The translations under genes and the position numbers were made by a program. Shown here in pieces: positions 40,069-50,405 of a stretch of DNA of 64,000 nt; position 1 is the first letter of the stretch; every line of letters starts with the position of its first letter. The stretch covers positions 1,623,345-1,687,344 of the forward strand of contig MU004237.1 in NCBI GenBank assembly GCA_010405405.1. The letters run 5' to 3'. Source of the DNA: Microthyrium microscopicum (taxonomy: Eukaryota). Under the pieces are notes generated by a model. It was not told where the DNA came from. It made no database searches and saw only the letters and a list, made by a program, of their open reading frames with translations.

Positions 40069-41340
40069 TCATCGTGCCCGCCAATCGTCATCTTCTGGGC
40101 CTCTAGAGCCTCGCAAAGCCTTGCTCTCGTCATTCCAAATATCGCGGGCCATGCAAATGAAAGGATATCCAAATTCTTCCAACGCCATGTGGACCTCCTC
40201 GGCCGTAGCCTGAGCTGGTTGTGTCAGATGGATTGTCATCGATGTCCAATATGCCTTCCAAGATTGAATGGCTTCGATAGCATCCGGATGACTAGGCTGT
40301 ACATTGGTGGCGATCAAATAGAATGAGGAACAATGACTGTGCCTATCTTTTGACTTGAAGAGCTTGATCGGTTTGGAGAATTTCTGGATCTTGTGCAGAA
40401 AGAGAAAGCAATCCAAAGTGTCGACCTGTGGTAGTAGAACAACCATGCTTCCTCCTGGCTTGATTCGATTGAGGCCAAGTACTAGCTGACTCACAAGAAC
40501 CCTGGAATTTTCAGACAAATCATGATTCTGTGCTTGTGCAAGCACTCGTGGCCCTTGGCCGTCGCAAAGGACAATGTCAAAGGGCCTTGAATTAGGTAAT
40601 GCCGATTGCGAATGAGTGATGGTATCAGCCAGTTCCTGTGTTACGCCCCCAGGAGGGGAGTCAGACGAACTGGTCAACTCGAAAGACAGCATAGGCATAT
40701 CCAAAATCTCAGCCGTGACTTGGGAGTTACTAAGGCCGGTGACGCTCCCAGTGGCTCCCATGGCAGGCAATAGCGTTGTTTCGCACACTCGGGCTGTGTT
40801 ATTGAGTGAAAGTAAATATTCAGTAAAGCCACCACGGGCTGTGCACAGATCCAGAATAAAAGGACGAGGGCTTGGGGTCCTGATTTTATTGAAAACTTGC
40901 GTCGCTTGGTTCATCTCTATCGCTATGGCTTTCATGTGGTCAGGAGAAGGAGTTACTGGTTGTCTCGCAGCTAGATTGGCCTGATCTCGCAATATCTCGA
41001 TGTCTTTGAACGAGATATCATGCGAGTGAAGATACCTTTGTAGAACATCATTAGGACTTTCAGACTGTTGACCCCGTTCAGATTGTTGATTTCTTTCAGG
41101 TTGTTGATTTCTTTCAGGTAGTTGATGCCGTTCAGGTTGTTGATACTGTTCAGGTTGTTGACACTGCCCAGGTCGTTGATACTGCTCGGGTTGTTGAGAC
41201 TGTTCATGGTGTTGATGTCTTTGAGGCTGTTGATATCTTTGAGGCTGTCGATCTCTTTGAGGTTGTCGGTACTTGGTCTCAGAATCCGGACGACGCTGTC
41301 CCTGTCTCCACTCTAGATCCTTTCGTTCGGACTTCCACAT
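40069..41340 (-). CDS. FtsJ/RrmJ-like methyltransferase-domain protein with N-terminal Gln-rich repeats
   Basis: SAM-binding-like ILDLCTARGGF, then DIVLCDGQ, QLVLGLNRIKPGGSMVVLL and SSFYLIA. First in-frame ATG at 41340. Confidence 0.75.
   Translation of the reverse strand: MWKSERKDLEWRQGQRRPDSETKYRQPQRDRQPQRYQQPQRHQHHEQSQQPEQYQRPGQCQQPEQYQQPERHQLPERNQQPERNQQSERGQQSESPNDVLQRYLHSHDISFKDIEILRDQANLAARQPVTPSPDHMKAIAIEMNQATQVFNKIRTPSPRPFILDLCTARGGFTEYLLSLNNTARVCETTLLPAMGATGSVTGLSNSQVTAEILDMPMLSFELTSSSDSPPGGVTQELADTITHSQSALPNSRPFDIVLCDGQGPRVLAQAQNHDLSENSRVLVSQLVLGLNRIKPGGSMVVLLPQVDTLDCFLFLHKIQKFSKPIKLFKSKDRHSHCSSFYLIATNVQPSHPDAIEAIQSWKAYWTSMTIHLTQPAQATAEEVHMALEEFGYPFICMARDIWNDESKALRGSRGPEDDDWRAR
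41062..41268 (-). repeat. Coding 18-bp tandem repeat (about 12 QQPE/QQPQ-type hexapeptides)
   Basis: RQPQRD RQPQRY QQPQRH QHHEQS QQPEQY QRPGQC QQPEQY QQPERH QLPERN QQPERN QQSERG QQSE. Confidence 0.9.
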
Positions 41341-41713
41341 GTCTACTGGAATGTAGTTACTTTCTAAGACTATCACTATTGGATTCTATCCTGAACTTTT
41401 GAGGAGGGCGGTAGTGGGGCTTAAATACTGTAGATCTTGGGAAGCATTATGGTTCAAATTGTCATGTTGAAGGTCTGATGGGCTTACAATAAATCATTTC
41501 CTAAATAGCTTGGACATTCTATCTCAGTAGCTGTTTTCGTGTATCGTTTGCTGCACAAGATCTGTTTCCAGCCTGCAGCCACCATGAGATCGCAGTACTA
41601 CAATGAGGAGACCATGGTTTTATCATTCAACCCTTCAGTACATCACAGGGAGGAAGCACTGGGTACCCTCGCATGATATCTTCCTTCTGGAAAGGAAATC
41701 ACGGGGGTAGACG

Positions 41714-43833
41714 CTAGCTGAAGATTCTTTTGAGTAGTTCGCTCCCGAAATCAGCCTTCCATGGACTGTCAACACACTGCGAGCTGTTAGCTTCCGATCG
41801 AAACTCACTGTGTATATATCTCATATGATCACTGGACATTTATGACCAGAAAAAATCAAAGAAGATTGAAACAGGGGCAACCTTACCGGCCAGATAGCAT
41901 TCCCACGGGCATAAATCCAGTGACCGGTATCACCAGGGACTTCATCAAAATTCAAATTTTGGTCATCCCGAGGTCCATGAGACGTCACACTATCGTCATG
42001 GACAGGCTTCGCTCGAGGTCGTCCGTCAGTAACCAGCATACCCCGTGTCCACTGCCCACTGGTCTCAATTCTGATGTCGAGAGGCTCTTTTGCTAAATTC
42101 ATTGCCGGAGAAGCAAGAAGGTACCAGATGCATAAAGGATCATGTAGGGCCAACGGAGCATCTTGTTTGTACAGTGTATCGAGCTTCTTGAATGTGGCAC
42201 CAAGGAAGGCATCAGTCCATTCGGCTAGTGGTGAATTTTTTCCAAGCAATGGTTTGATGAATGATGTGTACGTTGCTCGAGATAGGTTATGTTGTTCAGT
42301 GATGTCTATTTGGAGTCAGTCTCAGGATCTTCCACTCTTAACGGGCATAATCAACCAAGTGGAAATAATGTCAGTTTGAGTGCGGGAGACAGTCTTGCAG
42401 GATAATCTCCAATAGATGATTTGGTGGCCAGTACTGGCATCGTCAATGTTGGAGTTGGACATGTTAAGGCAAAGACTCTCGCCGCAGCAACCGAATCGGC
42501 GAATACGTTGAACTCTGGTCGATAACGTAAGTACAATATTTCGATTTCATAAGGACCTTACAAACCGGCAACTGGTGTAATCTGGTTTCTCAGGATTAGC
42601 TTGGTCCTCAATGGGCCCGGTGGTGCTTTGATCAGTTTGACTGGTGGGCAGTCGAGATCGGGATTTTCAAGGGACTGAGGCGGTCTTACATTTCCTGATT
42701 TATTGATGGCTCCGCCCATTACCACAACCTCTTTCGCTCTCAAAAAGGTTTCTGGATCTTGAGCTGCTGCAATGGCTAGGTTTGTAAGGGGTCCTATAGC
42801 AACAATGGTCTCTTTGTGGTCAGTGTCGGTGTATAGTAGCAGCAAAATTATATCAGTTGCTAACTTGAGTATACTCTAAATATCATTGAAAATAAGTGCA
42901 AAAACGCTGCTGAAAGGGGACTCACTATTGTGTCTGGTTCGTTGTCACGTAGTATGTTCAATATCTCCTCTGCCGCAGGCTTCTTAGACGGTACGAATAG
43001 AGGAATTGATGTCTCGATCTCCTGCGTCGCTGCATTTGAACTCTGGTTTTTGTTAGGTTCAAATCTCTGGCGTTGTGCGTTTAGGTTGATAAATCAGGAG
43101 AGAGACAACTAACAGGGTCCGCGGTGCTGACATCACTCGTAAAGAGCGATCTCCATGTTTGTTTTGGAGTCAGATGAGGATGCTAGCTGGTATTAGCCGC
43201 AAGTATTGACCAGCACATGTCTTTCTCACACTGCTGTGTGAACCACCCAGGCCATCAATTCCATGAAAATGATCCGCCATTAGTTGATGATCTGCCAGTG
43301 GTTCTGAGGCGCCAACGGCCACTGTTAGATACAGTCATTAGTACTTCATTCACCATAGACACGCTTGTATGGCTCATACCGATAGGTTTATGTCTTCTCA
43401 AGGTTTGGAAGCCTGGGTCGAGTCCTTTTCGTATTCGCCATTGCATCTCTAGTTCTATGATATGGAATAAGGTCATAACATTTCGAAGGCAGCTGATTGA
43501 ATCAGTATCAAGAAGCTTGAATCGTAAAGTTCACGTCTTACTTTTTAACTTCAACATTGCCATATGTCACTGATATCAGCAGCACTTCAAGTTCTTCTGG
43601 GCTCGCTGAGAACGCTAAGAGCATCGCCAGTATGTCATCAACGCCCTAAGGGAGTCAGTTCTTTGAATTCATCTATTTCAAGGGAAAAGTCAGATGGAAG
43701 AACAGGATATCTGTATTTGTTCAGAGGCTGAATGATTGGAGAGACAATCTCCATATCATGCCATACTGGGTTAATGTATGAAGTCTAAACTTACCGGGTC
43801 TGTATCAATGATAATGCGTCTTTTGTTCGTCAT
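41714..43833 (-). CDS. Inosine-uridine-preferring nucleoside hydrolase (URH1-like), about 11 exons
   Basis: [56 protein letters not shown]. Last exon CVDSPW..KRIFS*. Start could also be the ATG at 43839. Confidence 0.9.
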
Positions 43834-44604
43834 GATCATAGCTATAAGTTTTTCAACTCGTTATGTCAAAGGTTGGATATGGAGCAAGAGTTCCGATGGT
43901 GGGGTGCCTTGATTCCACTTCACTCCTGCTCTTCACTGTAGATTGCCGCTTTCAGATTCTCAGACTCCTCACTGTTAACCTTGAATATGTTACAACTCAG
44001 GTAAAGTGACGAGTGACAACTTGACCAGTACAATGTAGTGATCTCAAGATGATCGGATGATCGGCATGAGCTGGGTTTGTTCAGGGTCTTTCGGAGCATG
44101 AAATGCAAATGCCAGGCAGCAGATTCGGTCCGCCGAAGAGCCGCTCACCAGTCGCCGCGAGATGGAAATCACTCGAAATAAGCTTCAAATGTTACCGATG
44201 CCGATCAAGAATTCAGGTTTCGTTTGAGGTTTAGCTCTGGAGAGCCTCTCATGGGCAAAATTCACGGTGCTCGCTCGCTTAGCATCGGCTCCTCCAGCTC
44301 TACAGACTCAACACCACATACGGTTGCATCTGATCTCAAGCATGCGTTCATTCACCAATCATTCAGTTTCATTGGTCATCAATTAGAGGCAAGGGGTTTC
44401 CTGATGTGTGCTGGAGTCTTGTTTGTCGTTTTAGTCTCCACCATTTGCTAAAAATTCGGTCTCATGACGATTGCCTCGTCACATCGAGCTGTCCAAAGTC
44501 CTTGATAAACCATACACTATAGATTACCTAGACGATAGACCTCTTTCCTGTTCTTTTCCAGGCCTATCTTGCTGTTGCTCGATTCATCGTTGTTGATCAA
44601 GAAG

Positions 44605-45848
44605 ATGAATGGAACTACAAATGGAAATCATTCGCGGGAGCTGCCCAGCTTCGACTCCCCATCACTGATGCTTCTCCATCCAACGGAAGCAGAAAAAGAC
44701 CAACAGACTCGGGAAAATGGCGCCTCATGGCAGGGAGCTTTGCCAACCCTGGAAGCATATGCCCGACGAGAAAAACATCTCCATTCACAAGAAGCCACTG
44801 TCAATGGTGGGTTGACTTCTTGGGTGCTGGTGGATAACTCCGATCCCAACAAGAGACTGGCAATCTGCGGATGCGAAAGTATTAGAAAAAGAGCATTGGT
44901 TGCACACGAGGGAATCGTAAAAGACACCGGTGCGCATGGAATTGGGAGTGTGTTTTGCCCACCTCAATACCGAGGACGAAACTATGCCAGCCGCATGATG
45001 ACGGACTTGGGTGAAACCTTAAAGGCATGGCAGAACGAGAAGGGTAACTTGTTCAGCATTCTATACTCGGATATTGGAAAGGTATGTCATGTCGTTCTCG
45101 AGATCTTCTCCTTGACTTACCTTCTTAGCGTTTTTATGCAAAGCATGGTTGGAAGCCATTTCCTTCAACTCATGTTTCGATTCCGGCTTCCACTCCAAAG
45201 AGAACATCAGAAAAGCTTCCTGTCGCCAGCCCTCTTCACCGTGAAGATTTAGCCTTGCTTTGTGACATCGATGAAGCACTGCTGAGGAAGAGAATCAAGA
45301 CTATATCTGCCACAAACGACAAAGTCTTTGTCACAATCATACCAGATATCCAAACCATTCGTTGGCACCATGCGCGCGAAGAATTCGTAGGCAAGGAACT
45401 CTATGGATCAACATTCGACATAAAAGGTGCAATCGTTGGAGATACAGTGGGACAACGGGCCTGGTGCATTTGGACTCGAATGTGGTACAATGCAGACCCC
45501 ACAGAAACAGAAGAGAACACATTACACATCCTTCGTCTGGTAATTGAAGAGAAGGACGTTGGTGATTGGGAACACGTCAAATTCGACGATGCGGATAGGC
45601 AGCGCTATGTGCCAATGATTGCTTCACTGCTAGCAGCAGCAGTGGAGCGAGCCGATGAATCTGTCATGGAATCTGTGGAAATATGGAACCCCAATGCCCT
45701 GACGCTTGAGGCAGCGAAGCTCGTCTTTCCGAAAGCAGCAATCGAAGATCGAGAATCGGAGAGCATTTGCAGCTTGAGGTGGTATGGTGATGAGAAATTA
45801 GAGGACAGTGTTGTCTGGCTAGGCAATGAGAAATATGGCTGGTGTTGA
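44605..45848 (+). CDS. GNAT-family lysine N6-acetyltransferase (LYC1-like), 2 exons
   Basis: GIGSVFCPPQYRGRNYASRMM (acetyl-CoA-binding motif); LYSDIGK|RFYAKHGW across intron 45082-45128; terminal WLGNEKYGWC. Confidence 0.85.
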
Positions 45849-46595
45849 GTATAGCCTCCTTGAGAGCTGATGGAGCTGCGGCTGGGTTTTCTGCATACTC
45901 AAGGGTACTTGTAGAGAACAACACAATTAGAATTGCTCATGGTTTCATGATCTGCTCTTCGTGGACAAAATAAGTGAACCGTTTTGACAAGTACTCCCTT
46001 CGCTTGCGATGGCTGCCATAACACTTCTTAAAGAGTGATTGCTTTCGTTCCCAGCAGTGTCGGAAAACTTATATAAAAGCATCAAATAGGATGGTAATTT
46101 GAGTAGTTGCTCTTTAAGAATTGTTATGGCAGCCATCACCATCGATGGGAGTCGTCGTCGAAACGGCTCACTTATTTTGTCCCTCCAGAGATCTGGTTGA
46201 GTTGTGATCGAAAGCGGCAATTCAGGATTGCCTAATGGAGAAGGTATCGATCGGAGAAACCTAACTCCGGGTCACAGGTCTGAGCTTTGCAGCAAATTTC
46301 TCTCGCGCTCAAGCTTTTTTGGGAGAGCTCTGAGCAGCATCACTAAATCCTTAACCTTTGAAATTCTTGCCAGAGAGGAGCTCGAAAGAGTTGTCTCTGT
46401 GCTTTATTTACGTTCAAGATACCTTCCTTTGTAGTCTCCGTCTTCTTCAATTCTCCTCTCCTTCGGCAAGCCCGTTTTTTTACCCCACGTGCAGCTGGCC
46501 CTGCTCAAGCTCTTTCTTCGCCCCACCACTTCAGTCACTTTCTCTTGCCCAAACCTATCCTCACAACCGTCCGAAGCTACGCAAAACGAGGAAGA

Positions 46596-48036
46596 ATGCC
46601 GCCAAAGAAAGTAGTCGAGGAAAAGAAGATCCCGTTGGGTCGTCCCGGCAACAGTCTCAAGAGCGGTATCGTTGGTCTCGCCAACGTGGGCAAGTCGACT
46701 CTCTTCCAGGCCATCACAAAATGCTCCCTTGGAAATCCTGCCAACTTCCCCTACGCCACTATCGACCCTGAAGAAGCTCGAGTCATCGTACCAGATGAGC
46801 GCTTCGACTGGCTTGTCGAACAGTACAAACCAAAATCTGTCGTTCCGGCCAATTTGACCGTCTATGACATTGCTGGTTTGACGCGAGGCGCAAGCACAGG
46901 CGCTGGACTTGGAAATGCTTTTCTCTCACATATTCGCGCTGTCGATGCCGTGTTCCAAGTCGTTCGATGCTTCGACGACGCTGAAATTATCCACGTTGAA
47001 GGAGACGTCGACCCAATCCGTGATCTCGAAATCATCAGTGAGGAGCTCCGAATCAAGGATATCGAATTCACCGAGAAGGGCCTCGAGAACATCAAGAAGC
47101 AAACAAGGCGAGGTGGACAAAGTCTAGAAATGAAGAAGCTCAAGGAAGAGGAAGCCACAATTGAAAAAATATTGCAATGGCTGAAGGATGGTAAAGATGT
47201 ACGGAAAGGCACATGGGCTCCCAAGGAGGTAAGCAATTTTCCCTTTCGCAAACTCGAAACTTTCTTTCTATTCCATGATGAACAAGAGCACGATGCTCTA
47301 TAATCCCAGCTCTTTGAAGCCTCATTATCCAACCGAGGACTTTCTTGTGAAACTAAATCTCTCTCTGATCTTAATAACACACAACATCTACTCTGCAAAT
47401 GTGCCGGCGTCAGCTTGCTAACACTTTGTGTATAGGTCGAAGTCATAAATCCGCTTTTCCTACTCACCGCGAAACCAGTTGTGTACCTCTGCAATCTTTC
47501 AGAGAAAGACTACATTCGTCAGAAAAACAAGCATTTGGCCAAAATCGCTGCTTGGGTCAAGGATAATTCCCCTGGTGACCCAATCATCCCAATTAGCGTC
47601 AGCTTCGAAGAACGTCTCACACAGTTCGATTCTGATGCCGAGGCTGAGGAAGAATGCAAGAAGATCGGAACCAAGAGTATTTTGCCAAAGGTCATTACAA
47701 CAATGCGCAAGGCATTAGATCTTGGTAGCTTCTTCACCACAGGCACCGACGAAGTTCGTCAGTGGACTATAAGAAATGGCACAAAAGCACCACAAGCTGC
47801 AGGTGTCATTCATGGGGGTAAGTATCGTCCACCATTCCTAGAAGATATGTACTCATCGCATACTAGATTTCGAGAAGACATTCATCCAATGCATAGTGTA
47901 CAATTACAGTGTGCTCAGGGAAGAAGGCGACGAAGCCGCCGTTAAAGCCAAGGGCAAAGTCTTAACCAAAGGCAAAGACTACGTCGTTATGGACGGCGAC
48001 ATTATACTAATCAAGGCTGGTGCCGCCAAAGCTTAG
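46596..48036 (+). CDS. OLA1: Obg-like ATPase OLA1/YchF, 3 exons
   Basis: GIVGLANVGKST, NFPYATIDP, DIAGL..GLGNAFLSHIR, FFTTGTDEVRQW, APQAAGVIHG|DFEK. Introns 47229-47435 and 47818-47866. Confidence 0.95.
47270..47372 (+). ncRNA. Intronic box C/D snoRNA (candidate)
   Basis: Box C ATGATGA at 47275-47281, D'-like CCGA at 47333-47336, C'-like TGTGA at about 47346, box D CTGA at 47365-47368, 67 nt upstream of the 3' splice site. It lies in an enlarged 207-nt intron of a translation-related host gene. Confidence 0.72.
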
Positions 48037-48900
48037 CATCGGAAGCTAAGAGAGCGGCATTTCGTAAATGATATAATGAGGGCACTAGTACCACAATCAA
48101 AAAAATCCCAAAGTCGGATTGGAACTCCATCGTCACTACTTCCACACAAGTGATATGTTCGAACGTTATTTGTCGAGTCACGATGCTAAATTTTTACTCC
48201 GGCAGGGCTTTCCGATATTCCTTGTGACGATCTCTTTACTCTCATTGAACCATCACAGAGATCCCAACCATTTCGCGGACTGATTTTGCTAATTAAGCTG
48301 ACGCAGAGTGTACTAGATGTTCTTAGCCCGGTTTGTCTTGATTACATGCAAGCTCAACTAAACCTGTTCCGATCCATGCCTCGATTGCAGCAATACTCGG
48401 GAGAGATTATGACCACGACTCGGATTTAAATGAGTTCATCAAAGACCTGCCTCTTCCATGTAAGCACCACAAGGATATATCTTGCATCTATGATTGGACT
48501 ATTTTGTAGGTCTATCGTTCTGCGATAGGTTCATTTGGTACAACTCGACGGTTATAACAGGTTTTTTCACAGGCACGCCCGACTGACAAGATTCTTTTCG
48601 AACACCAACCCGCCTGTCCACGCGACACTGTGTAGCCAGAAGTATCAAGGACATTACAGCGGCCGATTGCCACCAGAATCTCGTCCTCTATATACGAATC
48701 AACATCGCCTCGTAGGCGAATCACCCACACTATTTCAACATTACTACAACGACATTATATCAGCCACTCGAACCCTATAGCTGAAAGAGGCTCAGCTTGC
48801 CCATTGCTGATCCAGTTCAACTCATTTAAATCTGCGACAAATGCTCCCGCGTCTATTACAACTTCCAACTACTCTCCTTCTCTAGTCTTTAATTCCAAAA

Positions 48901-50024
48901 ATGAGGTCGACCTTGTTGCTATCACTGTCTCTGGGGAGCATCGTCTCTGCCAATGGCATGTTTGGCGGCTCCAAATGCTGGAACAGCTGTGCGCGCAAGG
49001 CCGGCATTCAGTGCGGATGGGGAGATGTGCTCTGTAAGTTCATTCAACGCTTCGTAACCCAACAAGACACCATCTAACCAGAACATCAGGCATGTGTCGA
49101 GTCGCCAACGCCGGTCTAATCGCACAAGCAAACGCCTGCGCATGCGGAACCTGTGGAAACGGCGAATTCGGCATACGACGTAAGTGCAAGTACCACTCAA
49201 CCATATATCAGAATTCTAACAATATCCATAGTCACATCAGACGCAGCCGGCATTGAAATGAGCCAGCTCAAGCTAGCATGCAAGTTTGCATTCCACCCTC
49301 TAGACCAGAGAGTAATCGATGCTGCTGTCGCAGCAGGAAGTTGTAATGGTAATAATTGGAGTCCTGAGCCTCGCGATGCACCACCACCGCCTCCACCACC
49401 GCCAAAGGGTGGTCCTCCACCACCACCTAAAGGACCACCTCCACCACCTCCACCACCTCCACCACCTCCACCGCCTCCTATGCCGTGGGGACCACCTGAT
49501 GAGCCTTACCCTTATTATAGTATTAATCCTAATTGGCCAATCAATACAGAAGATCACCCGAGTACCATCACGGTTCCTATCTTCACTGAAGTGGTAAGTT
49601 ACTCTGATATCTGATATTGACTCAATGACTCGCAACGATATGTCTGTTTTGGGGGTTTGGTTCGAGAAACTGAATATTAGCAAAGCTAATGCTAATGATC
49701 AAAACAGGATGTTAGCACATCAGTGTCCTACGCCACCCTAACCGTTCCCGTGATCCCGGTGGCAGTTCAATCAGTACGTATCACCCTATCACCATATCAT
49801 CCCTGTATCACTCCTAACAGAACTACCAGACTACCACAGGCAGCGTAAGCACGACAAAAAGCACAACAACAGCCACCCTCGCCAACGGTAGCAAGACGAC
49901 TGCTACCTTTACATCAAAGTCGACAGCAAAATCAACAGCGGGCGCAGTAAGACAGGAAGCGGGATCAGGCTGGACGGGTTCCGCGCTTGCGCTTGCTGCT
50001 GCTGTTGCATATGGTGTGGTATGA
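48901..50024 (+). CDS. Secreted, probably GPI-anchored cell-surface protein with CFEM-like Cys domain and polyproline stalk, 5 exons
   Basis: Signal peptide MRSTLLLSLSLGSIVSA; C-x3-C-x7-C-x6-C-x-C-x13-C spacing; Pro run; Ser/Thr-rich tail; hydrophobic C-terminus ALALAAAVAYGVV*. Exons approx. 48901-49033, 49090-49179, 49232-49593, 49708-49773, 49830-50024. Confidence 0.8.
49381..49479 (+). repeat. CCA/CCT trinucleotide-rich polyproline tract
   Basis: PPPPPPPPKGGPPPPPKGPPPPPPPPPPPPPPP. Confidence 0.9.
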
Positions 50025-50405
50025 AGTTTACAGAGTGGGGTGGTTGTTGAAGAGGAGGAAGAGTGAAAGACAGAAGGGGCTGGATCCCGAAGAGATATAT
50101 CGAAAGGCAATGGAAATGATACCCAGAATTGAATATATACTTCAGTAGGTAGCGTAATATTAAAAATCTTTAACACAGTCGCTCCTTCCAACATCACTTC
50201 ACCTCGATATGGCCGCGCCTTCCCACCTGGACACGACACGGTTGTCACTTCTACTTTCTTTCACCACGCGCCTTCCGCCATTGATTTGTATTTAGGCTCC
50301 AACATCTCCAACTTCATCTCATAGATCACCAGACAAACTTCCTCTCTTCTCCATCAACACCAAAAACTCTCTACCAAAATTCTCTAAAATCCTCGAATTC
50401 CCATC

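Noticed and set aside
43646..43794. 149-nt first intron of the nucleoside hydrolase as a snoRNA host or stwintron
   Set aside because: Only an imperfect C box (ATGATA) with a CTGA. Nested splicing through the internal GTATGG would need an ~29-nt outer intron and would frameshift the gene.
49594..49707. 114-nt intron with ATGA..CTGA
   Set aside because: No full RTGATGA box and the spacing is too short for a convincing C/D snoRNA.
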